A DNA stretch of 62,045 nt, counting the filler, from Choristocarpus tenellus KU-1152 (taxonomy: Eukaryota; Protista; Phaeophyceae), in assembly GCA_964200185.2 (NCBI GenBank). It is 13 parts of 13 records of this genome, joined end to end, with 100 filler letters (N's around TTAATTAATTAA, not from the genome) between each part and the next. Parts side by side here need not be neighbours in the genome. Positions count along the whole stretch, not along the records: positions 36,072 to 39,761 come from CAXNAD020018499.1; positions 39,862 to 44,067 come from CAXNAD020015702.1; positions 44,168 to 50,714 come from CAXNAD020007888.1; 10 more parts are not named here. One strand, given 5' to 3'. This document shows, piece after piece, positions 38,316 to 50,402 of the stretch (position 1 is the first letter of the stretch; every line of letters starts with the position of its first letter). Under the pieces are notes generated by a model, which did not search any database, was not told where the DNA came from, and was given only the letters and a program-made list of their open reading frames with translations. Made by a program: the position numbers and the translations under genes.

Positions 38316-38524
38316 CAGTGGATTTTAAAAATTGAGGACGGAACGGGGCTATGAGGATGGTTGTTCTGCGAAAACGGGAACATTTCAAAAAAAAGGACAT
38401 ATCCCGGGCCCTTCCAAGTGCAAAAACAGTTGCAAAAAAAAACTTTCGGTACTTTTTCAAGACCGTTTTCGCAGAACAACCATCCTCATAGCCCCGTTCC
38501 GTCCTCAATTTTTAAAATCCACTG
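38316..38524. mobile_element. 209-bp MITE with perfect 62-bp terminal inverted repeats
   Basis: 38316-38377 is the exact reverse complement of 38463-38524 (CAGTGGATTTTAAAAATTGAGGACGG...). Confidence 0.9.
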
Positions 38525-38916
38525 TTAAAACCAGAAACAAATTCTCAAGGTAGATTTCACGATCAACAAAAAATCTAAAATCCATCTTACACCTACAATA
38601 CCTTACACGCTCTTTCAATACAGAACTTTTTCGGCTGACAGTGCAATGCTATACCTCGTTTTTCCATCTACCCATAAACATTTACACTCAGATCAAGATG
38701 CCATAAATATCCTTCGCCTCCCCACAACCAAGACCATTTCTTATAAACCTCAATAACGCGTCACCACTGTTTCTTTTTAAAATGTACAAAAGAGAAATCA
38801 GACAAGTCATTAATACCGCCGACTTTATCCCGTCAACAATTGATCTGTAACCGTCTGGAAGAGACCCTCCTTAGTGGTAATTCACAAGTTGTGCCAATCC
38901 CATGTCTTTCCGTCAG

Positions 38917-39213
38917 GAGTGAAAGCATCTTAGAGAGTACGGCAGCGTCCATTTGAGGGCCAAATCCAATGTTGCGATTTTGATGTAATACTGGCCATCA
39001 TGTTTGTGAGGAAGTGTCAATATCCTTGTTCCAGACATACCTTTTCATAGCTTTATACATGAAACCTACTCCAATATATATATATATATATATATATCAT
39101 TTTTCTAATTCCGAAACACTCGGAATAAGAAACTGTCTCAAAAAACTGGTGGGAAGCCAAGCCCCAAACGGACAAACAGGGCAAAACTCGTATCCTCTAA
39201 GATACCTTTACTC
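38917..39213 (+). mobile_element. MITE family A, full copy with internal (TA)n
   Basis: GAGTGAAAGCATCTTAGAGAGTA ... TATCCTCTAAGATACCTTTACTC; flanks tcag/ccag. Confidence 0.88.
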
Positions 39214-39740
39214 CCAGGTCTCCTATGTACAATCTCTGGTCTACCACAAGTGGCTTGTCCTTCCTATTCCTCCTGATCCTGCAGTCCATGAACTTGGTCA
39301 CCTCACCCAAATCCACCACCAGAACTTCTTGTTCAGCCCCTCAATGATACCAACAGCATAGCCTGGCCCTGATTCCTCAGCCATCAACATGTAATCCATA
39401 TGGACAATCATGATTACCACGGCCTTACCATCCACTATCAATGTGAAAAAGGATTATCTGCCTCAGGCTCTTCCAATCCCAGCTCCAGTAAAAACAGCCA
39501 CCAGTAGAAAGTTCCAGTTCAACGCCTGGACTATCCCATGCAGGAACTTCTTCAACAATCCCACTACTCCATCAAACTTCGTCTTTCCCTCTGGCATTTC
39601 CACATAGAGTGTCTCCTGTAGGTCAGAGTGGGTGAAGGCCTTCTTTCCATCACTATGAATCAGCACAAAGTCAGCTTCGCCACTAATGCAGCAGCATGTG
39701 TTGAAACCTGAATCGAATGCATCGTACATGTAGGTAGAAT
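39214..39740 (-). mobile_element. Ty1/Copia reverse transcriptase relic
   Basis: DGKKAFTHSDLQETLYVEMPEG...VGLLKKFLHGIVQALNWN matches D.K.AFL...L.E.IY...PEG...L.K.LYGL.QA...W; IVHMDY sits at the YVDD position. Confidence 0.85.
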
Positions 39741-40698
39741 GCGTAGACTACTAGCGATGAGNNNNNNNNNNNNNNNNNNNNNNNNNNNNNNNNNNNNNNN
39801 NNNNNTTAATTAATTAANNNNNNNNNNNNNNNNNNNNNNNNNNNNNNNNNNNNNNNNNNNNCCCTCACAAACCACCACCCCCCCCCAGATACTTTGACCC
39901 AGGTTGCAGAGTAAGATCTGTAACTTGGGAATGTCGCAACGGTTTTCAGATGTATTCCAACTTCTGTTTATCAAAACAAAATAAGCAGCAGATGATAATA
40001 AAAGAAATATAGATCGCTGGTTCATAAACTCTATACACAGGTCTCCTAGACACTTCTTTTCTTTGATACTAATTACCCATTGATATTCAAAAATGAGAAG
40101 TGTCCCCTGTTCTGCCGAGCTGTCGTTCGACTAACCGGATGTGCAATGGACTCCTCTGGACTGTTGAAGTATCCTGAGAGGCTCGTGCATGCATCAGCAT
40201 TTTCTATAGGCTTGTGGACTGGAGCTGTACATCCTGTGGAGATAAGCTACAGGAGTGTGCTGTAACATGGAGGTCCTACCGAGACTTCCGCGCTGTAACA
40301 GAAGCACGTTGACTCTTTGGGCAGGCAAGAGTATTTCGCTGGGCATCGTCTGCTGGGAACGGCTTTTCATATATGTGGAAACCCCGATAGATATGCTACA
40401 CCCTACAGGATGATACAGGCCATTGTTGTCTAGTCCATGTGTCCACTCGAACAAATCAACACCGGGACCATGAGCCAACCGTAAACCTGCAAGGCTCGAG
40501 GTCATGAAGAAGCAATGGCTCAGGAGAGCACACCATTTTCTGACTGCATCACTGGTGTGAAATATTGTGTGTCGAGCCAAAGTAAATAAATGAAGACGTT
40601 ATAGACGTGGACGGCATCGCAGACAGACGGAGAAATTTGGGTGTACAATTCCCCCCCGTGAATTTGGATGGACAAGTACGCAGATAAGGGGTAAGTAA

Positions 40699-40957
40699 GA
40701 GTCAAAGAATCTTAGAGGGTAGAGTCGCGTCTATTTGGGGGCCAAAATCCAATGTTGCGATTTAGATGTGATTGTGGCTATTGTGTTTGTTAGGAAGTGT
40801 CATTATCCTTGTTCCGAACACACCTTTTCATAACATACACATTTTACCTTCCTCGAAATATTTCGGAGTATGAAAATATCATAAAAAAAACCGTGGGAAC
40901 CCAAGTCCCAAACGGACAAACAGGACAAATTTCGTACCCTCTAAGATACTTTCACTC
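40699..40957 (+). mobile_element. MITE family A, full copy
   Basis: GAGTCAAAGAATCTTAGAGGGTA ... TACCCTCTAAGATACTTTCACTC. Confidence 0.9.
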
Positions 40958-41524
40958 AGAATATGCACTTGAAAACACAACTCATCTCGATAAATGACTA
41001 AAGTAAGTCAAGGTGCTCGTTGACACAGACACCCTTGATATCCTCTTTTGCTTTCGGTCATAGTTCCAACCAAACACATTTGCGGTGTGCCCCTATGTCA
41101 ATATTGGATGCTCAGTTCTTAGGTTGCAACCAAGAGAGGAATTTATGTCAAGGTGTTTTTAGCTGCAGGGGGGTTAAAGGGGATAGGGGGATATGCCGTA
41201 CCTCACAGGAATGTATTGTTCAAAGACCTGATACTTTGATTGACACATGTACTTTGAAGTATGGCATAGTTCTTGTATTGTTAACTTTGAAGTACTGTTA
41301 ATTTATAACAGTATTCTATAGTGAAAGGCAGGTAGCACAATCTGTACTATAGCTCCACTGCTACAGAGATCTAGACCAACACAACATGAAGGAGGCAGTC
41401 TATAAATGAGGGAAAACTACCGGTATTGCCCAGGTTCACTATCTTAGTGTTGTGAAGATGATGTAGCAGTAGTCAGATATCGCTGCTCTGGTATTCTGAT
41501 ATCCTGACAATGCGAACAACAAGG

Positions 41525-41764
41525 GAGTGAAAGTATCTTAGAGGGTTCGAGTTTTGCCCTGTTTGTCCATCTGGGGCTTGGCTTCCCATGTTTTTTTTTG
41601 CGACATTTTCCTACTCCAAAATGTTTCGGTGTAGGTAAAATGTGGATGTTATGAAAAGTTGTGTCCGAAACATAGATAGTGACACTTCATAACAAACACG
41701 ATAGCCAAAATTACATCAAAGTCGCAACATTGGATTTTGACCCCCAAATGGACGCGGCTCTTAC
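41525..41764 (-). mobile_element. MITE family A, one end truncated
   Basis: GAGTGAAAGTATCTTAGAGGGTTCGAGTTTTGCCC ... CCCCCAAATGGACGCGGCTC. Confidence 0.88.
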
Positions 41765-42390
41765 TGACCACACTTTCTACTGTATGTAGGCAACTGTGGC
41801 AATCCAATAAATGTCACTGCCTCAGCTCTGCCTTCCTTCTTGTGAGTTGGGTTCGGCCGTCCCACCACTCATTGCTCCATCTCCTCCCTTTGATGTTGTG
41901 CTGGACCCGACTCAGTGTTGCTCCACAATGTCATCATCAGCAATTAAGTATTTAAACCTTGTTTTTGCACTTTCCACATTTCTCCAGTAGAGCAACAGAT
42001 AGGATCATGCAGATAGGTGCATAAGTTGTAGTGATTGCAGCGTGAACCTTCAGACAATCTAAACCAATTTATCCCTGGAAAGGATTCTGGCATCGAAGGG
42101 TTTTGAACCTGCAAGACTCATGCGAATATTTTGTTCCATTTGACCTATTAACTACTACCTCTGAGCCATATGTTTGTGCCGCGAAACATCTGGGCTCGCT
42201 GAACGAGAACGGCGCCGAATCGGACAATAACCCCACAGAATGAAATCGGGCTGACAATCTCAGCTTTCAGAAAAGGTGGGGTTCGAGGATTATCAGGCAC
42301 AAACTCGAGGTACCTCAAGTCGTCAAAGTAGGGATCTTTTGGGGTGATTTTGAGGCCAGAACTGGGCACGTCGAGGGTAAGAACATCGGC

Positions 42391-43989
42391 ATGGCAACAC
42401 CCCCATCACCCCCCTCGCCAAGGAAGGGTGCCTAAGTGTCCCTGAACACCAAGGTTGCGCTTACAGGGTGAACCGCCCTCGCGATGGTCTCTGGTGAGCA
42501 TAATCTGCCGCGACATGTTGGACCAGCCCTCGCAGCAGAGTTTGGAGTGTCTGAACGCTACATGCAAGGGCTCTGGGAGGACGTCACCGATCAGCTCGCC
42601 CGTGGCCACACGCTTGACCCAGGGGTGGCGGCACGTAGTGGACGGCCTTCGGAGCTCACACCGACCAAGATGGCCGCAATACATAGTATCAACTCCGATA
42701 ATCGGTGATCCACAGTGCGTCAGGTGACAATGAAGATAACCGTCAAGGGGTCGAAATATAGCACGAGCACCACAAGCAGGCGGTTGGATGATATGGGGGC
42801 CTGTCGAATCGCCGCTGGATCAAACCCGAGCTTAAATTGTGGCAAAATACGTGGAGAGAGGACTTTATTTATGATCAAGTGGACCGGAAACGTGTTATGT
42901 ACGCCTCCATGGTGAACACGATCCATGTGGATGAAAACTGGTTTTACGTGGTGGCTGATGGGGAAAGGGTTAGGGTATTTGCGCATAAGGATGATAGCGA
43001 CCTTCCAAGGTCCCCTATTGTGTAGTACAAGAGTCGTATCCCCAAAACCATGACCAATTGCAGTCAACGCCCGCCCAGTTTCGGCTCACGGCTTTGATGG
43101 AAAGCTTGGTGTTTGGCGTGTGTGCGCGCCAAAAGCGGTAGACAGGACAAGCAAGAACCACAACAAGGGGGATGTGTATGAGCAGGACTGTACTTTAGAC
43201 AATTTGTGGTACAGGGAGTTAGTTGTACACGGAGGAGTTACTCCTTGCAATCAAAACCAAGATGCCTTGGTAGTAGGGGAAGAGCCAAAGTATCTTAGAG
43301 GGTAGAGTTGCGTCCATTTTGGGGCCCAATATCCAATGTTGCAATTTTACTGTATTCTTGACTATCGTTTTTTTGAGGAGATGTCAATGTCCTTGTTCCC
43401 GACGCACCTTTTCATATCATATACATTTAACCTACTCCGAAATGGTTTGGAGTAGGAAAATATCATAAAAATACCGTGGGAAGTCAGGTCCCAAATGGTC
43501 AAATTGGGCAAAATTCGTACCATCCAAGATGCTTTCACTCGGAAGCACGTTGTCGTTCAGGAAGACGGTGCCACCCCCCACACGGGGAAGGGCGACTCAC
43601 AAATCTTGTCAGGGGCAGGGAAGACAGAGGGGTGGTCGATTAGGGTTGTGACGTAGCCATCTAACTCCCCCAGCCTCAATATCATGGACCTGTGCTTCTT
43701 CAGGTCTTTGAAATGGTGGGTGATGGGGGAGCGGTTTGGGTCCGTCGAGGAGATGGTGAAGGTCATTAAGAAAGAGTATGAGGAGTATGATGAAACCACA
43801 GTTGAGAGGGTTTGGCAGTTCCTTTTTGTGATGTACAATCAAGTACTTAGATACAAAAGGGGGAATAAATTCAGTGTGGAGCACACAGGGGTAAAGAAGA
43901 GGCAGTTGTCTGGTGAGCTTGAAAACATGCCGAAGGTAGACATAGAGGCTTGTTCTGTGGCCAATAAAATTGTGATGACTGGGGAGTAA
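42391..43989 (+). pseudogene. Plant-type (DD39D-related) mariner transposase pseudogene interrupted by a MITE
   Basis: Motifs across frames: LAAEFGVSERY (HTH), SGRP, TIHVDENWFY, FDGKLGVW, VVVQEDGATPH, PSNSPSLNIMDLCFFRSLK, RGNKFSVEH; several stops and frameshifts. Confidence 0.9.
43282..43540 (+). mobile_element. MITE family A, full copy with GGAA target duplication
   Basis: ggaa|GAGCCAAAGTATCTTAGAGGGTA ... GATGCTTTCACTC|ggaa; removing it with one GGAA restores the transposase frame. Confidence 0.93.
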
Positions 43990-44024
43990 TAATCATAGAA
44001 AGAACTGACCCTAACCAGAAATTT

Positions 44025-44067
44025 GAGCCAAAGTATCTTAGAGGGTAGAGCCGCGTCCATTTGGGGG
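44025..44067 (+). mobile_element. MITE family A, partial copy at contig end
   Basis: GAGCCAAAGTATCTTAGAGGGTAGAGCCGCGTCCATTTGGGGG, then linker. Confidence 0.9.
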
Positions 44068-47000
44068 NNNNNNNNNNNNNNNNNNNNNNNNNNNNNNNNN
44101 NNNNNNNNNNNTTAATTAATTAANNNNNNNNNNNNNNNNNNNNNNNNNNNNNNNNNNNNNNNNNNNNTGGGGGGGTGGTGCTCTCCCTTGTTATCTAATT
44201 AATTCGTCATCAAACACGTCAGAGATATGTTTAAACATGTTTGTGACAGTTACACTACGTCAGTCACTTATAAGTTCAAGTTACACTACGTCAGTCGCTT
44301 GTAAGTTCAAGTTACACTACTTCATTCACTTTTACACTATAAACCAAATAGACTACTTTTATTGCACAGCTACCATCCATCACGCTCCAGTCTATGTGCT
44401 AAGCACTGCAGCACTGTTTTCCCCACTTTTGAACCTGTGCAACCAATACAAAGTTTCCAGGGTAACTTACCCTGACCTCCTACAGTCGACTGTCTCCCCT
44501 GACTGTACCTACTCAACAAGCCCCAGCAACTCTATGAGCAGCTCTGTTGGGTTGATGAAGGAAAGGCACAGCAGACCAGGCACTTCCATGTGGGGTGACC
44601 CAAGTTAGCATACCAATGCAGGGGGAGTGCCATGTTATACATCAGATGATATGGACTTGACTTGCCTAGGACAGCATACTTTGTTCAGCAATACCTTCAG
44701 TATGCGTACCACCTTCATGCACTTCACATTAATATTGGATCAAGGAGTACAAGCTGCAGTGGTTTTTCACTCCTAACATATCGTGCATCCTCTGGAGCAC
44801 TTGGTTCTGGAAATGAGAAACTGTGCACACACCTACCTATATCTCAGGTACCTCCGTTGTACACTGCTTACACAAATGTCAAGTGGAGATCTTAGCATTC
44901 CAGGTCGTGCCAGGCTCCACATGTGAAGGTACTTATGTCATCAATCTTGATCAGAATGTACTTGTGGCTGTATGTAGCCTTGACCTTTTTCAAGTCACTT
45001 TGCCCTACTTGAAGGCAGTCAAATGAAGCACCTGGCCTGTGGCTGTGGCATGTATCATCTCCCAAAAGGATTCGGTGCACATGTTCACCAGCCTTCAAGT
45101 CTGTGCAGTTCGAAAAGTCCTGCATAAACTCAGTCACATCGACATCCAGTGAACCAGAGATGTAAAGATCCACAGAGGAGCTGAGACACCCACACTCAAC
45201 AACATACAGGAATTTGAAATCTTGACTACTGGTTCACTGCTACTACTACTATATAGAAAGATTTTGGCACAACGATATTTGAAACAAGTGGTAGTTGAGA
45301 GAACATCAAGATCGGACATTTTAGGTAGTGAAAATAGAACAGTCAACTCTGTGAGTGTATTTCAATTCCAGTATCAAAATTCTTGTTTGCCTGATCATCC
45401 CTACGCAACCTCTGACCTCAACTCTCGACCTTGGTACCAACAGCTTGTCAATACTGACAGGCTGAGAGCTGCACCATGGCAGTACAAGAAAGATTAGATA
45501 CAGTCCTACAAACCCTTATTAATGACAACATCCAAATGTTTATTACTCTTACCCAGATATTACTACAGATATTTATTTATGTATATACCGCAGTGCTCTC
45601 TCTAGGTAAAGAAATGGTGGTTGTCAAGGGTTGTCAAACTACTGGAGGAAATTAATTATTTACTTGACTTCAAAAAAAATTCTCCATCTTGAAATCAAAC
45701 ATCCCATATTTTGTTCCAAAGCCTTAACAGATACTCTAGATGTGTTCAAGCCCTGACAAGAAATGTCGAAAAACAAACGCAAACCATTAGTGCAAATATT
45801 TCAACAAAATCCAGCTCAGCTTGCAGAAAAGTTCATACTGCAGGAGTTTGAAGCATAAAGCATACCAGAAAACTGTGTATCTTGGGTGCACACTACAGGA
45901 GAATGGATGGAGCATTGCAAGAGCAAGAACACATAGATAGAACTGAAGCATTTCAAGAGGACTAAGAATGTGATAGACACTCAAATCAGATCCCTGCACA
46001 CCTGAAACAAGTAAAAATGGAGAATCTCCTGAAATGATCAAGGTAGACAAAAAAATAAGTTAGGAAACGTGGGGGCAAGCCAGAGAGTATCAAGTTAGTT
46101 GGACGTCCTACCTCCGCATAAAGTTACGATACTGACCACATAACGGCCAATTTGGAGGAAATACTGCAACCCTTCAAAGTAGATTAAAGGCATTGACAAC
46201 ATTGTAAACTTGACTACAAGTCGATTCATCACATCAAATGCATTTTGAACGAAAGCTGATATCCTAATCCATCAATCAAGCGATTGTATCACCTCCAACT
46301 AGCTCACAACACAATATGTAATATAGGGTGCATAGTCTCTGGACAAAGGAAAATTCTGTGTTTTGGAGGTATTGTTGTTCTCATACTTTCACACTTGCTC
46401 TACCTATTAATGATGTTAAAGACATCGCATTGGAATGCTGATATGCACAGGACTCAGAGTTTTGTGGTTGAAATCATTGTAGTTGGCAATACAATAAAAT
46501 TTGTAAACAATAATGCTTGGAATACCCTGTGTATTGATGGGTCATCTTTTAACATTCATTACATCACAGGCTCAGAGTGATCAGACTCAAAGGTATTGCC
46601 CTTGTTGCCATCTTCCATCATAATTTCCACCCTATAGTGCAAGGCATTTCAGGATGGTACACATACCCTTCGAGAGCTCCACCCCAAACTTTGACATTAT
46701 CCAAGACAAGTCCCAACAGAAGACAATATTATTGCTGTGTGTAGATCTGGAGTTGCATCTCATCAAGGTGAGATTTAACGAGCTTGCGCCTCCTATCCAT
46801 GTCCACTTGAGCAATCCCCCTACCATCCCTCAAGGTGCTCAAGATCTCCCATTCCTCCTCCCACTGATTAGTATATGGCCTCCATTGCCCCACCTTGGCA
46901 TGTATGGTTGTCAACAGTGACATTGTAGTATTTGTTCACCACTACACATGCCTGGTCCTCCAAAAACACCTCTCCCCTGGCCAACCTGATTTTGTTCACT

Positions 47001-48766
47001 TGATTTTTGTTGACTTCGGCTTCCATAACCTATCAAGCATCACTTAATTCAGCTTACACCACATATTTATTTTCACTGCAGTCATGTGAGCCCATTCCTG
47101 CTCTTTGGTCGACCTCCCCCTCTTGTTTTGCAGCCTCCTCATTTTCAGGCACCTCGGAGGCCGTCCCTCCCAACCTCGTGTTTTCTTGATCACCAAATAG
47201 GGACTCCTTGCTTAGGCGGGGCGGGGCATTGATAACTCAGGATCAGATTTGCCCTTACCGAACAAAATAAATTTGGACAGGTTTGAGGACTACTTGAAAG
47301 GCATTCCGATCATTTTGCATAAACCAACAAGTGAACACTTGTGATAGGGATTAACTCTGCAATGACTTACAACATATGAAAAAAGATGCCAATTACACCT
47401 GACTGATTGACCCATTGCTTGCTAGTATTGACAATTCAAAAAATCTCTAGAAAGCGCGATTTCCTGCTTATTTGTTCCCTTACATACTACTATCCCATTA
47501 TCCTTACTTTTCACAAAGGTACATCAAAGTAAAGGAGTACACTATAGAGTAACAATATTGGTATCATGTAAGAGTGAATATACTACTGTGTAGTACATAG
47601 CACAACTCCTGTTGAGTGGAAGTCGAACTATGAATCTTGGGTTAGAGGATAGGGAACAATTGATATGGTGCCGTAAAATGTACATCAAAGTTTCACATGA
47701 ATTTGTTGCAGCTTACATCAATATGCTACAGCTGTGACAACCCTCTCTACCATCTACAATATCTGGAAATAAACTGGAACATGCCAAGAAATGACCAGAC
47801 CAGGTGGGAAGTTAGCACATGAATACCGTCATATGTAGTAAAAGGTTTAGCCAACAGTACTTCATCTAAACATGGAAATCTTATGTACTGCAAGCAATAC
47901 TTGACTTGTTTGGAATGAGAAATACTGGGTGGATTGAGCATGGGTGAGGTACTGGGGTCACAAAGGATAAGACCACGAGGAAAACGGAGATAAAGAAAGG
48001 TACAGTAGTTGTGTAATGAGTTGTGTTATCCATTCAGGAGCCCATATTGGCACATATTTTGTTTCACTTGAACGATTTGATGGAGCACTCAATGGAATTA
48101 CTGATATAGATGGTACAATGGTTAATGATTTGCTGACACTTCAATTTGGGAAACATATGGTCCTTTTTAATTACATGGTAGAAATCCTCATACATTGGTA
48201 CAATACAGCACATCCTGCAACTCTTGTACATTTTCCATTGTCCGTTGTTTGCCAACACAAAGCATGATACATCCAAGGGACCACAAGCAATGACCTAAAA
48301 TTGCACATCTGTTGAACTAAGGCCCCAGATACACCACCTGGTCCACGCAGGGGTTTCCTATAAATTGAGAGGTTCACCTTCACACCATGCATCCTAAAAC
48401 AAAAAACAGAAAATACACAAATTGGCAAATGTAGAACACAAATGTACAATTAGTTGACACCTTATTTTTCCCTGGTTATAATAATAATTATGTTTCCTCC
48501 CACCGTACATGTTACACAAAATATCCCACATGACCTGACAGCCATGATAAAAAAAAAAATGGGGAAAAAAATTACCATTCCATAATTCACAAGCATGATC
48601 TGGCAATGTACTTGGGTTGTCAACAAAATACTAAATCTGTGGGACATGTCAGATATTAACTAACTACTATAGTGAATTCCAGGCAAAAATGATCTAATAC
48701 AAAACACTGAACTGCAAAATTATTGTTGAGCACAGATCATTGCCCTGGGTAAAAACATTGCATTAT

Positions 48767-49672
48767 TTACATAACTAGAGCCTTCTCCATATCCAGGTGG
48801 GAGTTCTCATTTTCGCTCACATCCTCGCTTAGTTGCGGCATAGTTTTGCCTCTATTTTGGAGGCACAATAGTGACCCCATACACAAGTAAGTTGCCCCCC
48901 TCGTAATGATGAAGGGACTACCATGTTGTTGTTCTTTACCATCAGCAATAGAAGCACAGCAGGTTGTATTCCCAGGATCATTTTCCCTTGCCAGTGCTTG
49001 CAGATCTTTATCAGAGGAGTGTCCGATCCTCTGTACTACCCTGTATAGTGACCTGGCATGCTGCAGTATATCCTCTTTCCTGTTTCCTACCTCATAATCC
49101 GTATCCTTTTGCAGCACAGTTTGGTAACGTGTTTTGAAGAAGTTTGTGTCTTGTGTGTGATGGATACCTGTAACACCAAGATTGGTCCTTTTCAAAATCT
49201 CAATCCTTTTATCAACTTCTGCTTCTCCAGTAAAGGTGGAGTCTCCTATCTCACTAGTACTGTCAGTGTCCCTAGCACCAACACCACGAGCTTCAAGGGA
49301 AAAATGACGTAAACTTGCGTAATTAAAACTGTCGTCTTGCATGGACATCGTCCTGTCTCCGAGAACATTGGGATGGTGTCCTTCAACCAGCCCTTGGCAT
49401 GTGTCAGTGACCACTCTTCCCAGGTGCGATAGATCGGTATCCCTGGTACCTCGCTCATTCCAGACTTTGCTTGTGGAGGTTGCTGAAGGGCCAGGTTCAA
49501 GCACCAAATCCGGGGCCAAGGTCGCACATGACGTCACCACAAAGTGCCAACTACGATCCGATAGCTGTTGCGTAACGAGAAGGGCGGGGCACGAACAGAC
49601 TTGGGTTTGAATTCCCCACATAACCATTACACACCAGCATCTTCTATATATGTCCAATACTACACCGGTCAC
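48767..49672 (-). CDS. Unidentified 301-codon open frame, probably the frameshifted continuation of the methyltransferase relic
   Basis: Longest ORF in the window, not low-complexity, overlapping the 49644-49847 frame on the same strand; no family recognised. Confidence 0.35.
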   Translation of the reverse strand: MTGVVLDIYRRCWCVMVMWGIQTQVCSCPALLVTQQLSDRSWHFVVTSCATLAPDLVLEPGPSATSTSKVWNERGTRDTDLSHLGRVVTDTCQGLVEGHHPNVLGDRTMSMQDDSFNYASLRHFSLEARGVGARDTDSTSEIGDSTFTGEAEVDKRIEILKRTNLGVTGIHHTQDTNFFKTRYQTVLQKDTDYEVGNRKEDILQHARSLYRVVQRIGHSSDKDLQALARENDPGNTTCCASIADGKEQQHGSPFIITRGATYLCMGSLLCLQNRGKTMPQLSEDVSENENSHLDMEKALVM

Positions 49673-50402
49673 AAGGCTGCAACACGCAATTAGTTACCTT
49701 GTGATCCACAGCCAAGAGCAAGACTGTGTCGGCACCATGAGTGTCCTGCAGGAGGAGAGGGAGATTGCAGACATCATCATGGTCTTCCAGATCCATATGG
49801 TAGAAAGAAACCCGTCTTGGCAAATCGTAGATTGTTATGGGGATCAAAAGGCATGAGGTATACCAAGTAAAAATCTGAGGCTTTTAGGGATACCAGTTTG
49901 TCATGGACCACGGTAAGGATTGCAGGATTCATAGCATAGTGATGTCATGCTCATATATTCGTATCGCAGTTACCCTTTCTCACCCTGCATGCCCAGCATT
50001 ATGCGCTCGAGCTGTCGCCATGTTAAGAGCTCTTGGGTTGAAGTCCACACCAACACCACCTTTGATGCCCTCCATGACCAACCTAAGCAAGGTTTCTCCT
50101 CGGTTGCATCCCAAATCCAGAACAGTTTTTCCTCTCAAACTATATTCAGCCCGAGCCAAGGCCAGGACAAGCTGGTCTGCTGGTTGACTCCTCCTTGAAT
50201 TGCAAGCGGCATATCTCTCACTTATGAAACCATCCTTAAATTGGTTGATCGATCGAAAAGGGTGACATATTATTTTCTCATCGAGACTTCCACTTTGCCA
50301 AGCAAGCAAGGCCTTAAGCCTTGCATCGCGTTCCTTCGAAACGATTTTTTCCTGTGAAAAATCACAATCAATACCCTTCACTCTCCCTCTCTCACCCAAC
50401 AT
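49644..50402 (-). pseudogene. Class I SAM-dependent methyltransferase pseudogene
   Basis: GKTVLDLGCNRG (motif I), GVGVDFNP (post-I), then past in-frame TGA stops IYEHDI and FYLVYLMP, and after a frameshift RRVSF; no introns seen. Confidence 0.7.

Noticed and set aside
38137-38553. Two opposite-strand ORFs with identical N-termini (MRTERGYEDGCSAKT)
   Set aside because: A direct consequence of the MITE's 62-bp inverted repeats.
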